A stretch of 50,202 nt of DNA. It comes from an uncultured bacterium (lineage in GTDB: Bacteria > Margulisbacteria > WOR-1 > JAKLHX01). Location of the stretch: positions 1-50,202 of the forward strand of contig CALFCX010000161.1 in assembly GCA_937950635.1 (NCBI GenBank), given 5' to 3'. The position numbers and the translations under genes were made by a program. This document shows, piece after piece, positions 45,365 to 50,202 of the stretch; the first letter of the stretch is position 1, and each line of letters starts with the position of its first letter. The notes below the pieces were generated by a model. It worked only from the letters and a program-made list of their open reading frames with translations. It searched no databases and was not told the origin of the DNA.

Positions 45365-45453
45365 ATATTATCCCTCTTTATCTTATATCGGCAGGTTTTT
45401 GCTAAAATTTCACTTATTTTTCGGAAATAAGCCAATGCTCCGGGGATATCCTT

Positions 45454-46281
45454 TTACATAGATGCTGCTCGGACGCAGTTTCTCATCAACATGGCCCTTG
45501 TCATTGGGCCAACCCCGCCCGGGACCGGACTGATGAATGAACACTTATCTTTGACATCATCAAAATCGACGTCGCCAAAAAGCCCTTCCTGAGTTCTGTT
45601 CATTCCAACATCTATGACAACAGCGCCCTCTTTGACCAAGTTCGATCTGACGAACTTAGGCTTCCCGATCGCCACCACCAGAATATCCGCTTTTTTGCAA
45701 AAGTATTCCAAATCTTTTGTCCTGGAATGGCAAATAGTGACGGTCAAATGCTCCCTGAGAAGCAATTGGGCAATGGGCTTTCCCACTATATTGCTCCTTC
45801 CTATAACAACCGCATTCTTCCCTTTTAGTTCCATTTTTGTGGAAAAAATCATTTCCATTATTCCGGAAGGAGTACAAGGATAGTGATATGGCTCTTTCCC
45901 CAAAAGAAGCCTCCCCATGTTGACCTCATGAAGCCCATCAACGTCTTTTTTTGGCGAAATTATCTCTAAAATAGAGGCTTCGTTTAAATGTTTTGGTAAC
46001 GGTAATTGAACCAATATGCCCTTTATATCGGTATCTGAATTCAATTTTTCTATCAATTTTGATAGCTCTTTCTGGGATGTGTCCTGCGGCAACCTATGAA
46101 CAACCGAATTAATCCCTATTTCCTTTGCGTCTTTTTCCTTGGAATTTACATAAATTTTTGAGCCTGGGTCATCGCCCACAAGAACTACCGCTAAAGAAGC
46201 CTTGATGTTCTCTTTCTTGATCTGTTCTGCCAAAGACTCCTTTATAGACTTTGCCATTGCTTTCCCATCTATTATAGACAT
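45454..46281 (-). CDS. folD: Bifunctional methylenetetrahydrofolate dehydrogenase / methenyl-THF cyclohydrolase
   Basis: 275 aa. IIDGKA start, LVGDDPGS..YV..K, GILVQLPLP, DVDGLH, VIGRSNIVGKP and PVPGGVGPMT motifs. Strong SD AAGGAG. Confidence 0.92.
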   Translation of the reverse strand: MSIIDGKAMAKSIKESLAEQIKKENIKASLAVVLVGDDPGSKIYVNSKEKDAKEIGINSVVHRLPQDTSQKELSKLIEKLNSDTDIKGILVQLPLPKHLNEASILEIISPKKDVDGLHEVNMGRLLLGKEPYHYPCTPSGIMEMIFSTKMELKGKNAVVIGRSNIVGKPIAQLLLREHLTVTICHSRTKDLEYFCKKADILVVAIGKPKFVRSNLVKEGAVVIDVGMNRTQEGLFGDVDFDDVKDKCSFISPVPGGVGPMTRAMLMRNCVRAASM

Positions 46282-46319
46282 GTGCTTCTCCTTATGCCTC
46301 TCTTTTCATTGGCCAAAAA

Positions 46320-46335
46320 TGTTTCACGTGAAACA
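46320..46335. other. parS: parS centromere-like ParB-binding site, copy 1 (TGTTTCACGTGAAACA)
   Basis: Perfect 16-bp palindrome identical to the consensus parS (tGTTNCACGTGAAACa). Part of the 22-nt repeat AATGTTTCACGTGAAACATTGT at 46318-46339. Confidence 0.8.
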
Positions 46336-46363
46336 TTGTATCCCAGATGGCCGATATTTGCAA
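46335..46363 (-). promoter_or_regulatory. Sigma70-type promoter TTGCAA-17-TACAAT for folD, wedged between the two parS sites
   Basis: Minus strand reads TTGCAA atatcggccatctggga TACAAT. The -35 abuts parS copy 2 and the -10 overlaps the edge of parS copy 1. The predicted TSS falls inside parS copy 1. Confidence 0.45.
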
Positions 46364-46379
46364 TGTTTCACGTGAAACA
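46364..46379. other. parS: parS centromere-like ParB-binding site, copy 2 (TGTTTCACGTGAAACA)
   Basis: Second perfect 16-bp palindrome (22-bp perfect palindrome CAATGTTTCACGTGAAACATTG at 46361-46382). It is 44 bp centre-to-centre from copy 1 and ends 3 nt from the mnmE stop codon (46383-46385). Confidence 0.8.
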
Positions 46380-46382
46380 TTG

Positions 46383-47756
46383 TTACTTCCCTATGCAAAA
46401 CTCTCCGAATATGCGGTCAATAACCTTCGCCGATATATTTTCTCCGCTTATCTCGGATATTTCCGATAAAGCCTGTTTTACGTCTATGGCTATCAAATCC
46501 AGAGGGATCTCCCCTTCCAGAGACTTTATGGCTGAGGATATATATTTTTTGGAACTTTGCGCCAGTCCGATCTGGCGTTCATTGCCCAACAGCCCTCTGG
46601 CGGGTTCCGATGCGGTTTTTTTTCTGGCTATTTCCATTATGGCGGCTTCAATGTCTTTTATCCCTTGGCCGTTCAGGGCGGATGAGTCGACCTTCCGATA
46701 GAATTCTCCCGGAATGTCTTTGTCTTTTATGGTTTTCCCTTTGTCTGTCTTGTTAATGACAGCTATTTTGTGTTTTATGTCCCCTACTGTTTTGGCCGCC
46801 TTCATGTCTTCCTCCGTAATTTCCCCTGAGCCGTCAAAAACAACGATGGCCATATCCGCTGCCTCTGCCTTCTTTATTGCTCTTTTTATCCCTTCCGTTT
46901 CAACAATGTTCTTGGGCTCTCTAATGCCGGCGGTATCTATCAGCAAGAATGGGAGTCCCTCAATGGTGATCAGGGCTTCGATAGTGTCTGTTGTGGTACC
47001 TGGCACTTCCGTAACTATGGCCCTTTCTTCTTTTAGTATGGCGTTAAGCAGGCTTGATTTCCCTACGTTTGGCTTCCCTATTATGAGAACTCTTATCCCG
47101 TCATTTAGCACCTTGCCGGCATTTGAATTCCTGACAAGTTCGTGGCAAAGTTTTTCCATAGATATCAAGTTGTTCAGGGTTTGTTTTCTGTTAGGCTCGT
47201 CGATATCGTCCGGAAAATCCACGCTGGCCTCAATAGCCACCAATATTTCTTCCAGCGATCTTTTTAATTCGCTGATCTCTTTTGAAAGTTTACCTTCGAT
47301 CCTGTTCATTGCCGCATCCAAGCCAAAAGAGGTTTTTGCCTGTATGGCTTCGGCTATTGCTTCTGCCTGGACAAGATCGATCTTCCCGTTAAAAAAAGCT
47401 CTTTTTGAGAACTCTCCTTTATCGGCTAGGCGGGCTCCGTTTTTGAGTATTTGCCCAATGATGCTTCTTATTATCAGAAGCCCCCCATGGCAATATATTT
47501 CTGCCGTATCTTCTCCCGTAAAACTATGCGGGGCCTTAAAAGCAACTACCATTGACTGGTCTATTTTTTTGCGGGTCTCTGTATCTATTATCCATCCCAA
47601 GGATATTGTTCTTGGTTCGCTATTTGGCTTATTTGCAACAAATATTTTGCCTAAAATAGATAGGGCTCTTTCCCCGGAGATCCTTATGACCGCAATGGCC
47701 GACTGCCCCTGTCCTGATGAAACAGAGGTGATTGTATCGTTGTTTTTGGAAAGCAT
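46383..47756 (-). CDS. mnmE: tRNA modification GTPase MnmE (TrmE)
   Basis: 457 aa. N-terminal THF-binding domain (DTI...SS..G.SAIAVIRISG), G-domain GKPNVGKSSLLNA / DTAGIR / NKTD, and the terminal FCIGK motif. Confidence 0.93.
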   Translation of the reverse strand: MLSKNNDTITSVSSGQGQSAIAVIRISGERALSILGKIFVANKPNSEPRTISLGWIIDTETRKKIDQSMVVAFKAPHSFTGEDTAEIYCHGGLLIIRSIIGQILKNGARLADKGEFSKRAFFNGKIDLVQAEAIAEAIQAKTSFGLDAAMNRIEGKLSKEISELKRSLEEILVAIEASVDFPDDIDEPNRKQTLNNLISMEKLCHELVRNSNAGKVLNDGIRVLIIGKPNVGKSSLLNAILKEERAIVTEVPGTTTDTIEALITIEGLPFLLIDTAGIREPKNIVETEGIKRAIKKAEAADMAIVVFDGSGEITEEDMKAAKTVGDIKHKIAVINKTDKGKTIKDKDIPGEFYRKVDSSALNGQGIKDIEAAIMEIARKKTASEPARGLLGNERQIGLAQSSKKYISSAIKSLEGEIPLDLIAIDVKQALSEISEISGENISAKVIDRIFGEFCIGK

Positions 47757-47759
47757 ATT

Positions 47760-48395
47760 TCAGCTTTTCTTTGGCGCTACAATGACCCTTCTGTTCTCTT
47801 TATCGCCAACGCTGTAAGAAGATACTTTTTGCATTTCTTTTATGGTCATGTGTACTATTCGCCTTTCCCTCGGGGACATTGGAGGGAGCTCTATTTCTTT
47901 GCCTGATATCTCGACTTCTTCGGCGGTTTCTCTGGCTATCTTTTCGACCCGTTTTTCCTGTTTTTTTCTATAAGCTCCGCAATCGACTTCGACCCGTTTT
48001 TTTTGTTCTTTGCCTCTATTGGCGATTATGCTGACCAGGTACTGGAGCGCTGATAATGTTGCCCCGTCCTTCCCTATTACCCTGGCCGGGTCGTCCGCTT
48101 TTATCTCGAGGGAGGCTGTTTCTGCTGTGTCGTCCTGTACGTATACCTGGGATATGTGGCCTGCTCTGTCCAATATATCCTGTAATACGTTCTTCGCCTC
48201 TTCGGCCACGCTCGTCTTTAGCTTTACTTCGACCTCCGCATCTTTGCCTCCGAAAACACCCAAAACGGCCTGTTCGCCTTCGGAGATGACCCTTACGTCA
48301 ACCTCGTCTCTCCCCGCCTTAAGCACTTCCAGCGCGCTTTTTGTGGCTTCCTCGGTCGTTCTACCCTTCATCCTGACACTGCTGCTCATTACCAT
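47760..48395 (-). CDS. jag: RNA-binding protein Jag/KhpB (Jag-N, KH and R3H domains)
   Basis: 211 aa. KH-like segment VIGKDGATLSALQYL and R3H-like C-terminus (ERRIVHMTIKE). Conserved position downstream of yidC. Confidence 0.8.
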   Translation of the reverse strand: MVMSSSVRMKGRTTEEATKSALEVLKAGRDEVDVRVISEGEQAVLGVFGGKDAEVEVKLKTSVAEEAKNVLQDILDRAGHISQVYVQDDTAETASLEIKADDPARVIGKDGATLSALQYLVSIIANRGKEQKKRVEVDCGAYRKKQEKRVEKIARETAEEVEISGKEIELPPMSPRERRIVHMTIKEMQKVSSYSVGDKENRRVIVAPKKS

Positions 48396-48405
48396 GGTCC
48401 TCCTT

Positions 48406-49047
48406 CTATACTTTGCCTTTCTTGGCTGTTATATATAGCTGTTGCGCAACGGTCAGCACGTTCTGGACAACCCAGTATAGCTGAACCCCTGCTGCGAATT
48501 CCAAGCTGATGAACGCTATGAAGAAAGGCATTATCAACATTACGTATTTGGTCTGGTCGTTGGGAGCGCTGCTTGGCATTGTCTTCTGAGAAAGATATGT
48601 TGAGATTCCTATAAGCACCGGCATTATATAGAACGGGTCTTTAAAGGATATGTCCGGGATCCATAAAAATGAGGCTGCTTGCGGCATTGCCGCGAGCGTC
48701 GCTTTGAAAGCTGGGCTGGTCAAGGCCATGAACAGCACTATGAATACCGGTAGTTGCAAAAGTATGGGAAGGCATCCTCCAAAAGGATTAACCCCGTGCT
48801 CCTTATACAGCTCCATTACTTCCTGCTGGAACTTATCCGGTTTGTCCTTGTGCTTCTTTTTCAGTTCTTCGAATTTAGGCTGTATCTTCTGCATCGCGGC
48901 CATTTGCTGAATAGATTGGAGTGTCAGAGGATAAAGAGCGAACTTAACGGCTACCGTAAGCAAAACAATAGCGATCCCATAATTATGGAACCCGATCTTA
49001 TAGAACAAGTCCAATATATTCAGCATCACATTTATCAATGGTTCCAT
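48406..49047 (-). CDS. yidC: Membrane protein insertase YidC, minimal form (no periplasmic P1 domain)
   Basis: 213 aa. Begins directly at the conserved core (GIAIVLLTVAVKFALYPLT..S...M..IQP....L.KK.KD...F.QE.M.LYKEHGVNPFGGCLPILLQLP). Confidence 0.88.
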   Translation of the reverse strand: MEPLINVMLNILDLFYKIGFHNYGIAIVLLTVAVKFALYPLTLQSIQQMAAMQKIQPKFEELKKKHKDKPDKFQQEVMELYKEHGVNPFGGCLPILLQLPVFIVLFMALTSPAFKATLAAMPQAASFLWIPDISFKDPFYIMPVLIGISTYLSQKTMPSSAPNDQTKYVMLIMPFFIAFISLEFAAGVQLYWVVQNVLTVAQQLYITAKKGKV

Positions 49048-49059
49048 ATATCATCCCCT

Positions 49060-49302
49060 TTATCTAAGCGGGTCAAATCCGCCTCTGAAAAGCTGATTAC
49101 ACCGCATAATTCGCATAATACCGGCAAAAACACCTCTTACTACTCCGCGCTTCTCTATAGCCTCTATGCAATACTGGGAACATGTCGGATAAAATCTGCA
49201 AGAATAAGGCAGCATGGGAGATATGAATCGCCTGTAAACCCTTAACCCCCCTATAAGAAGCTTCTTGACCGCGCCTTCCGCCCCTCCGACGATCTTTAAC
49301 AC
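49060..49302 (-). CDS. yidD: Membrane protein insertion efficiency factor YidD
   Basis: LIGGLRVYRRFISPMLPYSCRFYPTCSQYCIEAIEKRG is the canonical YidD core. GTG 49302 (AAGGAAAG upstream, just after the rnpA stop) is preferred over the ORF track's GTG 49329. Confidence 0.85.
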   Translation of the reverse strand: MLKIVGGAEGAVKKLLIGGLRVYRRFISPMLPYSCRFYPTCSQYCIEAIEKRGVVRGVFAGIMRIMRCNQLFRGGFDPLR

Positions 49303-49306
49303 CAGG

Positions 49307-49651
49307 CTATCTTTCCTTGCTTCGACCACAGCCGTCCCCTATCGCCCGGAACAGTATTTGCTCTATTTTTGTTGACTTTTCAGCAAAAATGCTTGCCTTT
49401 GGAAAAATAACGATCTCAACCGGGACCGGAAGTTTGTTGGCAATAGACCGCCAGGCTTCTTTAATTATTCTCCGGATCCTGTTCCTTTTTACAGCGGTCA
49501 ATCCCTCTTTTTTACCTAGTATTATCCCCATTTTTGGCTTTTTTACGCCATTTTTTAGAAATTTCATCCGCCCTATCGGAGAGTTTATTTGCTGCCCTGC
49601 TTTTGTTGCGCGGTTAAAATCTCTTTGCTCTTTGATAAAGAGCTCGCTCAA
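49307..49651 (-). CDS. rnpA: Ribonuclease P protein component
   Basis: 114 aa, basic. RNR-type motif [14 protein letters not shown]. The TTG start overlaps the rpmH stop (cTTGA). Confidence 0.85.
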   Translation of the reverse strand: MSELFIKEQRDFNRATKAGQQINSPIGRMKFLKNGVKKPKMGIILGKKEGLTAVKRNRIRRIIKEAWRSIANKLPVPVEIVIFPKASIFAEKSTKIEQILFRAIGDGCGRSKER

Positions 49652-49785
49652 GGGGTAAGCCTGCGCCTTCCTTTTTTTCTTCTTCTTGATATAACTTTTC
49701 GCCCGGCTTTTGAGGATTTTTTCCTTAAATAACCGTGGACCCTTTTCCTATGAAGCTTTCTCGGTTGAAATGTTCTTTTTACCAT
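49648..49785 (-). CDS. rpmH: 50S ribosomal protein L34 (not in the supplied ORF track because it is under 60 aa)
   Basis: Hand translation of the minus strand gives [45 protein letters not shown]. This is the canonical L34 sequence, with SD AGGAGA 6 nt upstream. Confidence 0.9.
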   Translation of the reverse strand: MVKRTFQPRKLHRKRVHGYLRKKSSKAGRKVISRRRKKGRRRLTP

Positions 49786-49801
49786 TTTATTCTCCTATAG
49801 A

Positions 49802-49830
49802 ATTATAATAAAGCTTTGCAATTTTGTCAA
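49802..49830 (-). promoter_or_regulatory. Consensus promoter TTGACA-17-TATAAT for the rpmH-rnpA-yidD-yidC operon
   Basis: Minus strand reads TTGACA aaattgcaaagctttat TATAAT tctataggagaataaa ATG. Both hexamers are perfect with a 17-nt spacer and a short SD-containing leader. Confidence 0.55.
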
Positions 49831-49882
49831 GGAAGCGATTGACGTTAGCTTCCACAATTGATAGTATTGACCTATGCAAGAC

Positions 49883-49891
49883 TGTGGATAT
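49883..49891 (-). promoter_or_regulatory. DnaA box (plus strand TGTGGATAT = ATATCCACA, 8/9)
   Basis: Direct read; one mismatch to TTATCCACA. Confidence 0.6.
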
Positions 49892-49921
49892 AGACCGGTT
49901 AACAAATCCATAAAGGCCTGT

Positions 49922-49930
49922 TTATCCACA
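49922..49930 (+). promoter_or_regulatory. DnaA box TTATCCACA (9/9)
   Basis: Direct read; perfect consensus. Confidence 0.7.
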
Positions 49931-49942
49931 TGTTTTTTGTTC

Positions 49943-49951
49943 TGTGGATAG
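49943..49951 (-). promoter_or_regulatory. DnaA box (plus strand TGTGGATAG = CTATCCACA, 8/9)
   Basis: Direct read. It is 12 nt from the perfect box and in inverted orientation. Confidence 0.6.
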
Positions 49952-49975
49952 AACTGTTGATAACTTTGATTTTTG

Positions 49976-50004
49976 TTGAATTTTTGCCGCAAATTTGGTA
50001 TCAT
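49976..50004 (+). promoter_or_regulatory. Candidate dnaA promoter TTGAAT-17-(TGG)TATCAT
   Basis: TTGAAT ttttgccgcaaatttgg TATCAT with an extended -10 TG. It predicts a leader of about 60-70 nt that contains the DnaA box at 50053. Confidence 0.35.
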
Positions 50005-50052
50005 TCTGTAATCAGTCCGGGCGGATGGGGTGGGATATTTGCTTATGATCGC

Positions 50053-50061
50053 TGTGGATAG
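50053..50061 (-). promoter_or_regulatory. DnaA box (plus strand TGTGGATAG = CTATCCACA, 8/9), 12 nt upstream of the dnaA ATG
   Basis: Direct read. Its position is compatible with dnaA autoregulation. Confidence 0.6.
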
Positions 50062-50072
50062 GTTGTTTAAAA

Positions 50073-50202
50073 ATGTCAATAACTGATATCGACGATGTTT
50101 GGACCAGGATCCTCAAGAATCTGGAAAAGGGGCTCAGCAAGCCCATATACGAAACCATCCTTTCGTCGGCAAAGCCCCTGGCAATAGAGAATGACGTGCT
50201 TG
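50073..50202 (+). CDS. dnaA: Chromosomal replication initiator DnaA, 5' fragment (runs off the window)
   Basis: Hand translation gives MSITDIDDVWTRILKNLEKGLSKPIYETILSSAKPLAIENDVL, the typical DnaA domain I start (W..I...L......f.t.l....P). Context is rpmH | DnaA boxes | dnaA. Confidence 0.8.
   Translation, partial: MSITDIDDVWTRILKNLEKGLSKPIYETILSSAKPLAIENDVL

Noticed and set aside
45413-45431. Hairpin cttattt-ttcgg-aaataag downstream of folD as a possible terminator.
   Set aside because: The stem is 7 bp with a single G-C pair, and the trailing U-run is interrupted (UGAAAUUUU). Too weak to call without 3'-end data.
46714-47817. 367-aa plus-strand ORF antisense to mnmE. Similar long antisense ORFs occur at 21441-22121, 7343-7852, 28034-28549, 34189-34557, 22051-22677 and 31868-32389.
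   Set aside because: All lie fully inside strongly recognisable genes on the other strand. They have low-complexity Ser/Leu/Phe/Ala-rich translations, lack SD or promoter signals and have no recognisable motifs. They are shadow ORFs.
49795-50079. 94-aa minus-strand ORF covering the rpmH-dnaA spacer.
   Set aside because: It spans the DnaA boxes and both promoters, starts with TTG inside the dnaA start region, and has an AT-driven Asn/Lys/Tyr/Gln-rich translation. It is almost certainly non-coding.

Overview
Gene-dense, origin-proximal core chromosome segment from a diderm (lipid A-making) bacterium, probably an uncultivated lineage. I cannot assign taxonomy from the sequence alone. I call about 58 protein genes. 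There are no rRNA or tRNA genes, no CRISPR array and no transposase, integrase or phage genes. Hand-summed intergenic gaps total only about 1.4-1.5 kb, and many start/stop codons overlap.

Layout, left to right:
- permease + SemiSWEET
- rlmB - class III aminotransferase - Nfu - LarE-like (minus strand)
- crcB-DUF190 (plus strand)
- icd-mdh-fumAB-trxA-cysteine desulfurase operon (minus strand)
- an HExxH hypothetical, hypF and a small OMP
- rpsF-ssb-ssb-rpsR-rplI-uvrC
- a complete nine-gene V/A-type ATPase operon
- a beta-helix exoprotein with a T9SS-type C-terminal domain, translationally coupled to a PorV-like OMP
- ychF-nadC-cdsA-uppS-frr-pyrH (minus strand)
- a divergent RPE-like gene
- mnmG-skp-lpxD-GT4-OMP-lpxC-fabZ::lpxA-lpxB-rseP (plus strand)
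- a 551-aa orphan coiled-coil protein, then folD
- mnmE-jag-yidC-yidD-rnpA-rpmH (minus strand), a DnaA-box spacer, and the dnaA 5' end

Most notable observations:
1. Two perfect parS palindromes 44 bp apart bracket the folD promoter.
2. A TGnTATAAT extended -10 box recurs 6-13 nt upstream of start codons with no Shine-Dalgarno, which suggests widespread leaderless mRNAs, including GTG/TTG starts.
3. The T9SS-like cargo / PorV-like pair.
4. An in-frame FabZ-LpxA fusion inside a rearranged lpx cluster.
5. Tandem ssb paralogues.
6. Two orphan proteins: the 551-aa coiled-coil protein and the HExxH...EGxxE protein.

I see no defence island or mobile element. All product calls rest on motif recognition by eye, not database searches.
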